From assembly GCA_964016885.1 (NCBI GenBank), contig OZ024744.1:99448001-99512000 (forward strand): a stretch of DNA of 64,000 nt, written 5' to 3'. The notes beneath the pieces were generated by a model. The model did no database searches. It was not told the DNA's origin and saw only the letters and a program-made list of their open reading frames with translations. The position numbers were made by a program, and so were the translations under genes. Of the stretch, positions 1-18,000 are shown one piece after another; the first letter of the stretch is position 1, and each line of letters opens with the position of its first letter. This stretch comes from Eledone cirrhosa. Taxonomy: Eukaryota.

Positions 1-3000
1 CTAACATTACCACCAACACCACAGCCACTACCACTAACATTACCACCAACACCACAACCAACACCACAGCCACTACCACCAACACCACCACCAACACCAC
101 AGCCACTACCACTAACACCACCACCAACACCACAACCAACACCACAGCCACTACCATTAACACCACCACCAACACCACAGCCACTACCACTAACATTACC
201 ACCAACACCACAACCAACACCACAGCCACTACCACCAACACCACCACCAACACCACAGCCACTACCACCAACACCACCACCAACACCACAGCCACTACCA
301 CCAACACCACCACCAACACCACAGCCACTACCACCAACACCACCACCAACACCACAGCCACTACCACTAACACCACCACCAACACCACAACCAACACCAC
401 AGCCACTACCATTAACACCACCACCAACACCACTACCAACACCACTACCAACACCACTACCAACACCACAGCCACTACCACTAACACCACCACCAACACC
501 ACAACCAACACCACAGCCACTACCACCAACACCACCACCAACACCACAGCCACTACCACTAACATTACCACCAAGACCACAACCAACACCACAGCCACTA
601 CCATTAACACCACCACCAACACCACAGCCACTACCACTAACATTACCACCAACACCACAACCAACACCACAGCCACTACCACCAACACCACCACCAACAC
701 CACAGCCACTACCACTAACATTACCACCAACACCACCACCAACACCACAGCCACTACCATTAACACCACCACCAACACCACAGCCACTACCACTAACATT
801 ACCACCAACACCAACACCACAGCCACTACCACCAACACCACCACCAACACCACAGCCACTACCACTAACATTACCACCAAGACCACAACCAACACCACAG
901 CCACTACCACTAACATTACCACCAACACCACCACCAACACCACAGCCACTACCACTAACATTACCACCAACACCACAACCAACACCAAAGCCACTACCAT
1001 TAACACCACCACCAACACCACAGCCACTACCACTAACATTACCACCAACACCACCACCAACACCACAGCCACTACCACTAACATTACCACCAACACCACA
1101 ACCAACACCAAAGCCACTACCATTAACACCACCACCAACACCACAGCCACTACCACTAACATTACCACCAACACCACCACCAACACCACAGCCACTACCA
1201 CTAACATTACCACCAACACCACAGCCACTACCACTAACATTACCACCAACACCACTACCAACACCACAGCCACTACCATTAACACCACCACCAACACCAC
1301 AGCCACTACCACTAACATTACCACCAACACCACAACCAACACCACAGCCACTACCACCAACACCACCACCAACACCACAGCCACTACCACTAACATTACC
1401 ACCAACACCACAACCAACACCACAGCCACTACCACCAACACCACCACCAACACCACAGCCACTACCACTAACATTACCACCAACACCACCACCAACACCA
1501 CAGCCACTACCACTAACATTACCACCAACACCACAACCAACACCACAGCCACTATCACTAACACCACCACCAACACCACAGCCACTACCACTAACATTAC
1601 CACCAACACCACCACCAACACCACAGCCACTACCACTAACATTACCACCAACACCACAACCAACACCACAGCCACTATCACTAACACCACCAACACCAGT
1701 ACCAACACCACAGCCACTACCACCAACACCACTACCAACACCACAGCCACTACCACTAACACCACCACCAACACCACAGCCACTACCACTAACACCACCA
1801 CCAACACCACTACCAACACCACAGCCACTACCACTAACACCACCACCAACACCACTACCAATACCACAGCCACTACCAATAACACCACCACCAACACCAC
1901 TACCTACACCACAGTCACTACCACTAACACCACTACCAACACCACTACCTACACCACAGTCACTACCACTAACACCACTACCAACACCACTACCAACACC
2001 AAAGCCACTACCACTAACACCACTACCAACACCACTACCAACACCACAGCCACTACCACTAACACCACCACCAACACCACTACCAACACCACATCCACTA
2101 CCACCAACACCACCACTAACACCACTACCAACACCACAGCCACTACCACTAACAACATCACCAACACCACAGCCACTACCACTAACACCACTACCAACAC
2201 CACTACCAACACCACAGCCACTACCATTAACACCACCACCAACACCACTACCTACACCACAGCCACTACCACTAACACCACCACCAACACCACTACCTAC
2301 ACCACAGCCACTACCACTAACACCACTACCAACACCACAGCCACTACCACTAACACCACTACCAACACCACAGCCACTACCACTAACACCACTACCAACA
2401 CCACAGCCACTACCATTAACACCACCACCAACACCACTACCAATACCACACTCACTACCACTAACACCACTACCAACACCACAGCCACTACCACTAACAC
2501 CACTACCAACACCACAGCCACTACCACTAACACCACTACCAACACCACAGCCACTACCACTAACACCACTACCAACACCACAGCCACTACCACTAACACC
2601 ACTACCACCACCACAGCCACTACCATTAACACCACCACCAACACCACTACCAATACCACACTCACTACCACTAACACCACTACCAACACCACAGCCACTA
2701 CCACTAACACCACTACCAACACCACAGCCACTACCACTAACACCTCTACCAACACCACAGCCACTACCACTAACACCACTACCCACACCACAGCCACTAC
2801 CACTAACACCACTTCCAACACCACAGCCACTACCACTAACACCACTACCAACACCACAGCCACTACCATTAACACCACTACCAACACCACTACCAACACC
2901 ACAGCCACTACCACTAACACCACCACCAACACCACTACCAACACGACAGTCACTACCACTATCACCACCACCAACACCACAGCCACCACCACAAACACCA

Positions 3001-6000
3001 CCACTGTCACCACCACCAACACCACTACCAACACCACAGCCACTACCACTAACACCACCAGCAACACCACTACCAACACCACAGCCACTACCATTAACAC
3101 CACCACCAACACCACTACCAACACTACATCCACTACCACTAACACCACCACTAACACCACTACCATTAACACCACCACCAACACAACCAACACCACAGCC
3201 ACTACCACTAACACCACCGCCAACACCACTACCAATACCACAGTCACTACCATTAACACCACCACCAACACCACTACCAATACCACAGTCACTACCACTA
3301 ACATCACTACCTACACCACTACCAACACCACAGCCACTACCACTAACACTACCACCAACACCACTACCAATACCACAGTCACTACCATTAACACCACCAC
3401 CAACACAACCAACACCACAGCCACTACCACCAACACCACTACCAACACCACAGCCACTACTGCTAATACCACCCCCAACACCACTACCAACACGACAGCC
3501 ACTACCACTAACACCACCACCAACACCACTACCAACACCACAGCCACTACCACTAACACCACCACCAACACCACTACCAACACCACAGCCACTACCATTA
3601 ACACCACCACCAACACTACTACCAACACCACAACCACTACCAGTAACACCACCACCAACACCACTACCAACACCACAGCCACTACCACTAACACCACCAC
3701 CAACGCCACTACCAACACCACAGCCACTACCATTAACACCACCACCAACACTACTACCAATACCACAGCCACTACCACTAACACCACCACCAACACCACT
3801 ACCAACACCACAGCCACTACCACTAACACCACCACCAACACCACTACCAACACCACAGCCACTACCACTAACACCACCACCAACACCACTACCAATACCA
3901 CAGCCACTACCACTAACACCACCACCAACACCACTACCAACACCACAGCCACTACCATTAACACCACCACCAACACTACTACCAATACCACAGCCACTAC
4001 CACTAACACCACCACCAACTCCACTACCAATACCACAGCCACTACCACTAACACCACCACCAACACCACAGCCACTACCACTAACACCACCACCAACACC
4101 ACTACCAACACCACAGCCACTACCACTAACACCACCACCAACACCACTACCAACACCACAGCCACTACCACTAACACCACCACCAACACCACTACCAATA
4201 CCACAGCCACTACCACTAACTCCACCACCAACACCACTACCTACACCACAGCCACTACCACTAACACCACTACCAACACCACTACCAACACCACAGCCAC
4301 TACCACTAACACCACTACCAACACCACTACCAACACCACAGCCACTACCATTAACACCACCACCAACACCACTACCAACACCACATCCACTACCACTAAC
4401 ACCACCACCAACACCACTACCAACACCACATCCACTACCACTAACACCACCACCAACACCACTACCTACACCACAGTCACTACCACTAACACCACCACCA
4501 ACACCACTACCTACACCACAGTCACTACCACTAACACCACTACCAACACCACTACAAACACCACAGCCACTACCATTAACACCACCACCAACACTACTAC
4601 CAACACCACAACCACTACCACTAACACCACCACCAACACTACTACCAACACCACAGCCACTACCACCAACACCAACACCAACCCCACTACCAACACCACA
4701 GCCACTACCACTAACACCACCACCAACACCACAGCCACTACCACTAACACCACCACCAACACCACTACCAACACCACAGCCACTACCACTAACACCACCA
4801 CCAACACCACTACCAATACCACAGCCACTACCACTAACACCACCACCAACACCACTACCTACACCACAGTCACTACCACTAACACCACTACCAACACCAC
4901 TACCAACACCACAGCCACTACCACTAACACCACTACCAACACCACTACCAACACCACAGCCACTACCATTAACACCACCACCAACACCACTACCAACACC
5001 ACATCCACTACCACTAACACCACCACCAACACCACTACCAACACCACATCCACTACCACTAACACCACCACCAACACCACTACCAACACCACATCCACTA
5101 CCAACTAACACCACCACCAACACCACTACCTACACCACAGTCACTACCACTAACACCACTACCAACACCACTACCAACACCACAGCCACTACCACTAACA
5201 CCACTACCAACACCACTACCAACACCACAGCCACTACCACTAACACCACCACCAACACCACTACCAACAACACATCCACTACCACTAACACCACCACCAA
5301 CACCACTACCAACACCACAGCCACTACCACTAACAACACCACCAACACCACAGCCACTACCACTAACACCACTACCAACACCACTACCAACACCACAGCC
5401 ACTACCATTAACACCACCACCAACACCACTACCAATACCACACTCACTACCACTAACACCACTACCAACACCACAGCCACTACCACTAACACCACCACCA
5501 ACACCACAGCCACTACCACTAACACCACCACCAACACCACAGCCACTACCACTAACACCACCACCAACACCACTACCTACACCACAGCCCCTACCACTAA
5601 CACCACCACCAACACCACAGCCACTACCACTAACAACACCACCAACACCACAGCCACTACCACTAACACCACCACCAACACCACTACCTACACCACAGCC
5701 ACTACCATTAACACCACCACCAACACCACTACCAATACCACACTCACTACCACTAACACCACTACCAACACCACAGCCACTACCACTAACACCACTACCA
5801 ACACCACAGCCACTACCACTAACACCTCTACCAACACCACAGCCACTACCACTAACACCACTACCAACACCACAGCCACTACCACTAACACCACTACCAA
5901 CACCACAGCCACTACCACTAACACCACTACCAACACCACTACCAACACCACAGCCACTACCATTAACACCACCACCAACACCACTACCAACACCACAGCC

Positions 6001-9000
6001 ACTACCACTAACACCACCACCAACACCACTACCAACACGACAGTCACTACCACTATCACCACCACCAACACCACAGCCACCACCACAAACACCACCACTG
6101 TCACCACCACCAACACCACTACCAACACCACAGCCACTACCACTAACACCACCAGCAACACCACTACCAACACCACACCCACTACCATTAACACCACCAC
6201 TAACACCACTACCATTAACACCACCACCAACACCACTACCAACACCACAGCCACTACCACTAACACCACCGCCAACACCACTACCAACACCACACCCACT
6301 ACCATTAACACCACCACTAACACCACTACCATTAACACCACCACCAACACAACCAACACCACAGCCACTACCACTAACACCACTACCAACACCACAGCCA
6401 CTACCATTAACACCACCACCAACACTACTACCAACACCACAACCACTACCACTAACACCACCACCAACACCACTACCAACACCACAGCCACTACCACTAA
6501 CACCAACACCAACCCCACTACCAACACCACAGCCACCACCACTAACACCACCACCAACTCCACTACCAATACCACAGCCACTACCACTAATACCACCACC
6601 AACACCACTACCAATACCACAGTCACTACCACTAACACCACTACCAACACCACAGCCACCACGACTAACCCCACTACCAATACCACTACCAACACCACAG
6701 CCACTACCACTAACACCACCACCAACACCACTACCAACACCACTACCAACACCACAGACACTGCTATTAACACCACCACCAACCGCACAGCCACCACCAC
6801 CAACACCACTACCAACTACACAGCCACTACCACTAACACCACCACCAACACCACTACCAACACCACTACCAACACCACAGACACTACCACTAACACCACC
6901 ACTAACACCACTACCAATACCACAGTCACTACCACTAACACCACTACCAATACCACAGCCACTACCACTAACACCACCACCAACACCACTACCAACTACA
7001 CAGCCACTACCACTAACACCACCACCAACACCACTACCAACACCACTACCAACACCACAGACACTACCACTAACACCACCACCAACACCACTACCAATAC
7101 CACAGTAACTACCACTAACACCACCACCAACACCACTACCAACACCACAGACACTACCACTAACACCACCACTAACACCACTACCAATACCACTGTCACT
7201 ACCACTAACACCACTACCAACACCACAGCCACTACCAGTAACACCACCATTAACCCCACTACCAACACCACAGCCACTACCACTAACACCACCACCAACA
7301 CCACCAACACCACTACCAACACCACAGCCACTACCATTAACACAAATAACACCACCACAGCCACTACCAACACCACAGCCACTACCACTGACACAACCAC
7401 CAGCACGCACTACCAACACCACAGCCACCACCACTTACACCACTACCAACACCACAGCCACTACCACTAACACAACCACCAGCACCCACTACCAACACCA
7501 CAGCCACCACCACCAACACCACTACCAACACCACAGCCACTACCACTAACACAACCACCAACACCACTACCAAAAGCCCAGCCACTACTACTAACACCGC
7601 TACCAACACTACTACCAACACCACAGCCACTACCTCTAACACCACCACCACTAACCCCACTACCAACACCACTACCAACAGCACAGCCACCACCCCTAAC
7701 CCCACTACCAACACCACTACCAACACCACAGCCACTACCACTAACACCACCACCAACACCACAGCCACTACCATTAACACCACCACCAACACCACTACCT
7801 ACACCACAGTCACTACCACTAACACCACTACCAACACCACTACCAACACCACAGCCACTACCACTAACACCACTACCAACACCACTACCAACACCACAGC
7901 CACTACCATTAACACCACCACCAACACCACTACCAACACCACATCCACTACCACTAACACCACCACCAACACCACTACCAACACCACAGCCACTACCACT
8001 AACACCACCACCAACACCACTACCAACAACACAGCCACTACCATTAACACCACGACCAACACCACTACCAACACCACAGCCACTACCATTAACACCACCA
8101 CCAACACCACCACCAACACTACTACCAACACCACAGCCACTGCCGCTAAAACCACCACCAACACCACTACCAACACCAGAGCCACTACCACTAACACCAC
8201 CACCAACGCCACTACCAACACCACAGACACTACCATTAACACCACCACCAACACCACCACCAACACCACTACCAACACCACAGCCACTACCACTAACACC
8301 ACCACCAACACTACTACCAACACCACAGCCACTACCATTAACACCACCACCAACACCTCTACCAACACCACAGCCACTGCCACTAAAACCACCACCAACA
8401 CCACTACCAACACCACAGACACTACCATTAACACCACCACCAACACCACGACAAACATCACAGCCACTACCATTAACACCACCACCAACACCACTACCAA
8501 CACCACAGCCACTACCATAAACACCACCACCAACACCGCAGACTCCACCACTAACACCACCACTAACACTACTACCAACACCACTACCAACACCACAGCC
8601 ACCGCCATTAACACCACCACCACACGACTACCAACACCACAGCCACAAACACCACTGCTAACACCACTACCAACACCACAGCCTCTACCACTAACCCCAC
8701 TACCAACATCACTCTCACCACCACTAACACCACTACCAACACCACTACCAACACCACTAACAACACCACTGCCACTACCACTAACGCCACTACCACCTCC
8801 AACATCACTCCCAACCCCACTGCCACTACCACAAACACCACAACCAACACCACTATCAACACCATTACCAATACCACTAACAGCACTACCAACACCACTA
8901 CCACTAACACCACCATTAACACCACTACCGGTACCACAGCCACCACCATTAACACCACCACCAACACCACTACCAACACCACAGCCACAACCACTAACAC

Positions 9001-12000
9001 CACTACCAACAACACTACCAACACCACAGACACTACCACTAACACCGCCACCAACACCACTACCAACACCTCAGCCACTACCACTAACACAACCACCAAC
9101 ACCACTAACAACACCACTATAATCAACACCAACACCACTACCAACACCTCAGCCACTACCACTAACACCACCACCAACACCACTAACAACACCACCAACA
9201 CCACAACCAACACCACTACCAACAACACAATCAACACCTCAGCCACTACCACTAACACCACTACCAACACCTCAGCCACTACCATTAACACCACTACCAA
9301 CACCACTACCAACACCTCAGCCACTACCATTAACACCACCACCAACACTACTATCAACACCACAGCCACTACCACTAACACTACTACCAACACCACAGCC
9401 ACCACCACTAAAACCACCACTAACACTACTATCAACACCACTACCAACACCACAGCCACTACCACACTAACACCACTACCAATACTACAGCCACCACCAG
9501 TAACATCACTACCAACACCACAGTCACCACCACTAACACCACTACCAACACTACTACAAAAACCACAACCACTACCACTAACACCACCACCAACACCACT
9601 ACCAACACCACAGCCACCACCACTAACACCACTACCAACACTACTACAAAAACCACAACCACTACCACTAACACCACCACCAACACCACTACCAATACCA
9701 CAGCCACCACCACTAACACCACCACCAACACCACTACCAACACCACAGCCACTACCACCAACACCACTAACAACACTACTACCAACAGCACACACACCAC
9801 CACTAACCCCACTAGCAACACCACTACCAACACCACAGCCACTACCATTAACACCACCAGCAACACCACTACCAACACCACAGCCACTACCACTAACCCC
9901 ACTACCAACACCACAGCCACTACCATTAACACCACCACCAACACCACAGCTACTACCATTAACACCACCACCAATACTACTACCAACACCACAGCCACTA
10001 CCACTAACACCACTACCATCACCACTACCAACACCATAGCCACTACCACTATCACCACCACTAACACCACCACCAACACCACAGCCACTACCACTAACCC
10101 CACAACCAACACCACAGCCACTACCATTAACACCACCACCAACACCACAGCTACTACCATTAACACCACCACCAATACTACTACCAACACCACAGCCACT
10201 ACCACTAACACCACTACCATCACCACTACCAACACCACAGCCACTACCAGTCACACCACTACCAACACCACTACGAACACCACAGCTACTATTGTTAACA
10301 CCACCACCAATATTACTACCACACCACAGCCACTACCACTAACACCACTACCAACACTACAGCCACCACCAGTAACACCACTACCAACACTACTACAAAA
10401 ACCACAACCACTACTACTAACACCACCACCAACACCACTACCAACACCACAGCCACCACCACTAACACCACTACCAACACTACTACAAAAACCACAGCCA
10501 CTACCACTAACACCACCAGCAACAGCACTACCAACACCACAGCCACTACCACTAACACCACCACCAACACCAATACCAACACCACAGCCACTACCACCAA
10601 CACCACCACTAACACCACTACCAACACCACAGCCACTACCACTAACACCACCAGCAACAGCACTACCAACACCACAGCCACTACCACTAACACCACCACC
10701 AACACCACTACCAACACCACAGCCACTACCACCAACACCACCACTAACAACACTACCAACACCACAGCCACTACCACTAACACCACCACCAACACAACTA
10801 CCAACACCACAGCCACTACCACTAACACCACCACCAACACCACTACCAATACCACAGCCACTACCACTAACACCACTACCGACACTACTACAAAAACCAC
10901 AACCACTACCACTAACACCACCACCCCAACAACACTAACAACATCACAGCCACTACCATTAACACCACCACCTCCAACACCACTACCAACATCACAGGGA
11001 ATACCATCAACACCACTGCCAACACAACAGCAACTACCGCTAAGACCACCACCAACACCACTACCAACACCAGAGCCACTACCACTAACACCACCACCAA
11101 CACCACTACCAACACCACTACCAACACCACTACCAACACTACTACCAACACCACAGCTACTACCATTAACAACACTACCAACACCACAACCACTACCATT
11201 AACACCACCACTACCAATACCACTACCACTAACACCACCACCAATACCACTACCAACATCACAGCCACTACCACTAACAACACTACCAACACCACTACCA
11301 ACACCACAGGCACTACCACTAACACCACCACCAACACCACTACCAACACCACAGCCACTACCATTAACACCACCACCAACACCACAGCCACTACCACTAA
11401 CACCACCACTAACACCACTACCAACACCACAGCCACTACCATTAACACCACTACCAACACAACTACCAACACCACTACCAACACCACAGCCACAACCACT
11501 AACACCACCAGCAACACCACTACCACTAACACCACCACCAATAACACTACCAACACCAGAGCCACTACCACTAACACCACCAGCAACACCACTACCAACA
11601 CCACTACCAACACCACAACTACTACCACTAACACCACCACCAACACCACTAGCAACACCACAGCCACTACCACTACCAACACAACCAAGACCACTACCAA
11701 CACCAGAGCCACAACCACTAACACCACCAGCAACACCACTACCAGTAACACCACCACCAATACCACTACCAACACCAGAGCCACTACCACTAACACCACC
11801 ACCAACACCACTACCAACAGCACAGCCACTACCACTAACACCACCACCAACACCACTACCAACACCACAACTACTACCACTAACACCACTACCAACACAA
11901 CCAAGACCACTACCAACACCAGAGCCACTAACACTAATTCCACCACCAACACCACTACCAACACCACAGCCCCTGCCACTAACACCACTACCAACACCAC

Positions 12001-15000
12001 TACCAACACCACTACCAACACCACAGCCCCCACCACTAACACCACTACCAACACCACTACCAACACCAGAGCCAACCCCACTACCAACACAACCAACACC
12101 ACCAACACCACTACCAACACCACGGCCACTACCACTAACACCACTACCACCAACACCACTACTAACACCACAGCCACTACCACTAACACCACTACCAATA
12201 CCACAGTCACTACCACTAACACCACCACTAACACCACCACCAACACCAGAGCCACTACCACTAACTCCACTACCAACAGCACTACCAACACCACAGCCAC
12301 CACCACTAACACCACTGCCAACACCACTACCAATACCACAGCTACTACAACTAACACTACTACCAACACCACCACCAACACCACAGCCACCACCACCAAC
12401 ACCACTACCAATACCACTACCAACACCACAGCCACTACCACTATCACCACCACTAACACCACTACCAACACGACAGTCACTACCACTAACACCACCACCA
12501 ACACCACTACCAACACCACAGCCACCACCACTAACACCACCACCAACACCACCACCAACACCACAGCCACCACCACCAACACCACTACCAATACCACTAC
12601 CAACACCACAGCCACTACCATTAACACCACCACCAACACCACTACCAACACGACAGTCACTACCACTATCACCACCACCAACACCACTACCAACACGACA
12701 GTCACTACCACTATCACCACCACCAACACCACTACCAACACCACAGCCACTACCACTAACACCACCACCAACACCACTACCAACACGACAGTCACTACCA
12801 CTATCACCACCACCAACACCACTACCAACACGACAGTCACTACCACTATCACCACCACCAACACCACTACCAACACCACAGCCACCACCACTAACACCAC
12901 CACCAACACCACAGCCACTACCACTAACACCACCACCAACACCACCACCAACACCACTACCAACACCACAGCCACTACCACTAACACCACTACCAACACC
13001 ACAGCCACTACCACTAACTCCACCACCAACACCACTACCAACACCACAGCCACCACCACTAACACCACCACCAACACCACCACCAACACCACAGCCACCA
13101 CCACCAACACCACTACCAATACCACTACCAACACCACAGCCACTACCATTAACACCACCACCAACACCACTACCAACACGACAGTCACTACCACTATCAC
13201 CACCACCAACACCACTACCAACACGACAGTCACTACCACTATCACCACCACCAACACCACAGCCACCACCACAAACACCACCACTGTCACCACCACCAAC
13301 ACCACTACCAACACTACAGTCACTACCACTATCACCACCACCAACACAACTAACAACACCACAGCCACTACCATTAACACCATCACCAATACCACAGCCA
13401 CCACCACAAACACCACCACTAACACTACTACCAAGACCACTACCAACACCACTAACAACATCACAGCCACTTCCATAACACCACCACCACTAGCACCACT
13501 ACCTACGTCACAGCCACTACCACCAACACCACTACCAACACCACTAACAACACCAGAGCCACTATCATTAACACCACCACTAACACTATCACTAACCCCA
13601 ACACCAACACCACAGCCACTACCATTAACACCACCACCACCAACACCACTACCAACATCACAGCTACTACCATTAACACCACCACTAACTCCACTACCAA
13701 TACCACAGCCACTACCGCCAACAGAAACACCAACACCACTAACAACATCACAGCCACTACCAATAACACCACCACCAACACCACTAAAAACACCACAGCT
13801 ACTACCACTAACACCACCACCAACACCACTACCAACACCACAGCCACTACCACTAACACCACCACCAACACCACCACCAACACCACAGCCACTACCACTA
13901 ACACTACCACTAACACCACTACCAACACCACAGCTACTACCACTAACACCACCACCAACACCACTACCAACACCACAGCCACTACCACTAACACCACCAC
14001 CAACACCACTACCAACACCACAGCCACTACCACTAACACCACTACCAACACCACTACCAACACCACAGCCACTACCACTAACACCACCACCAACACCACT
14101 ACCAACACCACAGCCACTACCACTAACACCACTACCAACACCACAGCCACTACCACTAACACCACTACCTACACCACTACCAACACCACAGCCACTACCA
14201 CTAACACCACCACCAACACCACTACCAACACCACAGCCACTACCACTAACACCACTACCAACACCACTACCAACACCACAGCCACTACCACTAACACCAC
14301 CACCAACACCACTACCAACACCACAGCCACTACCACTAACACCACTACCAACACCACAGCCACTACCACTAACACCACTACCTACACCACTACCAACACC
14401 ACAGCCACTACCACTAACACCACTACCAACACCACTACCAACACCACAGCCACTACCACTAACACCACCACCAACACCACTACCAACACCACAGCCAATA
14501 CCACTAACACCACTACCAACACCACTACCAACACCACAGCCACTACCACTAACACCACTACCTACCCCACTACCAACACCACAGCCACTACCACTAACAC
14601 CACTACCAACACCACTACCAACACCACAGCCACTACCATTAACACCACCACCAACACTACTACCAACACCACAGCCACTACCACTAACACCACTACCTAC
14701 TACACTACCACTACCAATAAACCCACCATTAACACCACTACCAACACCACAGCCACTACCACTAACACCACTACCAACACCACTACCAACACCACAGCCA
14801 CTACCATTAACACCACCACCAACACCACTACCAACACCACAGCCACTACCACTAACACCACTACCAACACCACTACCAACACCACAGCCACTACCATTAA
14901 CACCACCACCAACACCACTACCAACATCACAGCCACTACCACTAACACCACCACCAACACCACCACCAACACCACTAACACCACCACTAACACTACTACC

Positions 15001-18000
15001 AGCACCACTACCTACACCACAGCCAGGACCATTAACACCACCACTAAAAGCACTACCATCACCACAGCCACTACCACTAACACCACCACCAACACCACTA
15101 CCAACACCACAGCCACTACCACTAACACCACCACCAACACCACTACCAACACCCCAGCCACTACCACTAACACCACCACCAACACCACTACCAACACCAC
15201 AGCCACTACCACTAACACCACCACCAACACCACTACCAACACCACAGCCACTACCACTAACACCACCACCAACACCACTACCAACACCACAGCCACTACC
15301 TCTGACGCCCCCACTAACACCACTACAAACACCACAGACACTACTATTAACACCACCACCAACACCACTACCAACACCACTGCCACTACCACCAACACCA
15401 CTACCAACACCACTACCAACACCACAGCCACTACCACTAACACCACCACCAACCCCACTACCAACACCACAGCCACTACAACTAACACCACCACCAACAC
15501 CACTATCAACACTACAGCTACTACCACTAACACCACCACCACCACCACCACCACTACCTACACCACAGCCACTACCAACACCACTGCCAAAACCACACCC
15601 ACTACCACTAACACCACCACCAACACTACTGCCAACGCCACAGCCACTACCATTAACGACACTACCAACACCACCACCAACACCACTACCAATACCATTA
15701 CCACCACCACTAACACCACCAACACCACAGCCACTACCACTACCACTAACACCACCACAGCCACTACCACTAACACCACTACCAACACCACTACCAACAC
15801 CCCAGCCACTACCACTAACACCACCACCAACACCACTACCCACACCACAGCCACTACCACTAACACCACCACCAACACCGCTACCAACACCACAGCCACT
15901 ATCACTAACACCAACACCACAGCCACTACCACTAACACCACCACCAACACCACTACCCACACCACAGCCACTACCACTAACACCACCACCAACACCGCTA
16001 CCAACACCACAGCCACTATCACTAACACCACCACCCACACCACAGCCACTACCACTAACACCACCACCAACACCGCTACCAACACCACAGCCACTATCAC
16101 TAACACCACCACCAACACCACAGCCACTACCACTAACACCACCACCAACACCGCTACCAACACCACAGCCACTATCACTAAAACCACCACCAACACCACA
16201 GCCACTACCACTAACACCACCACCAAAACCACTACCCACACCACAGCCACTACCACTAACACCACCACCAACACCGCTACCAACACCACAGCGACTATCA
16301 CTAACACCACCACCCACACCACAGCCACTACCACTAACACCACCACCAACACCACTACCAACACCACAGCCACTACCACTAACACCACAACCAACACCGC
16401 TACCAACACCACAGCCACTATCACTAACACCACCACCAACACCACAGCCACTACCACTAACACCACCACCAACACCACAGCCACTACCACTAACACCACC
16501 ACCAACACCACAGCCACTACCACTAACACCACCACTCACACCAGTACCACTAACACCACCACCAACACCACTACCAACACCACAGCCACTACCACTAACA
16601 CCACTACCAACACCACAGTCACTACCACTAACACTACCACCAACACCACTAACAACACCACAGCCACTACCACTAACACCACCACTAACACCACCACCAA
16701 CCCCACTACCAACACCACACCCACTACCACTAACACCACCACCAACACCACTACCAACACCACAGCCACTACCACTAACACCACCACTCACACCAGTACC
16801 ACTAACACCACCACCAACACCACAGCCACTACCACTAACACAACCACCAACACCACTATCAACACTACAGCTACTACCACTAACACCACCACCACCACCA
16901 CCACCACTAACATTAACACTACCACCAACACCAATGCCAAAACCACAACCACTACCAATAATACAACCACCAACACCACTACAAACACCACAACCACTAC
17001 CACTAACACCAGCACCAACGCTACAGCCACTACCAACACCACAGCCACTACCATTAACACAACCACTAACACCACTACCACTAACACCACCACCAACACC
17101 CCAGCCACTACCACTAACACCACCACCAACACCACTACCCACACCACAGCCACTACCACTAACACCACCACCAACACCGCTACCAACACCACAGCCACTA
17201 TCACTAACACCACCACCAACACCACAGCCACTACCACTAACACCACCACCAACACCACTACCCACACCACAGCCACTACCACTAACACCACCACCAACAC
17301 CGCTACCAACACCACCGCCACTATCACTAACACCACCACCCACACCACAGCCACTACCACTAACACCACCACCAACACCGCTACCAACACCACAGCCACT
17401 ATCACTAACACCACCACCAACACCACAGCCACTACCACTAACACCACCACCAACACCGCTACCAACACCACAGCCACTATCACTAAAACCACCACCAACA
17501 CCACAGCCACTACCACTAACACCACCACCAAAACCACTACCCACACCACAGCCACTACCACTAACACCACCACCAACACCGCTACCAACACCACAGCCAC
17601 TATCACTAACACCACCACCCACACCACAGCCACTACCACTAACACCACCACCAACACCACTACCAACACCACAGCCACTACCACTAACACCACCACCAAC
17701 ACCGCTACCAACACCACAGCCACTATCACTAACACCACCAACAACACCACAGCCACTACCACTAACACCACCACCAACACCACAGCCACTACCACTAACA
17801 CCACCACCAACACCACAGCCACTACCACTAACACCACCACTCACACCAGTACCACTAACACCACCACCAACACCACTACCAACACCACAGCCACTACCAC
17901 TAACACCACTACCAACACCACAGTCACTACCACTAACACTACCACCAACACCACTAACAACACCACAGCCACTACCACTAACACCACCACTAACACCACC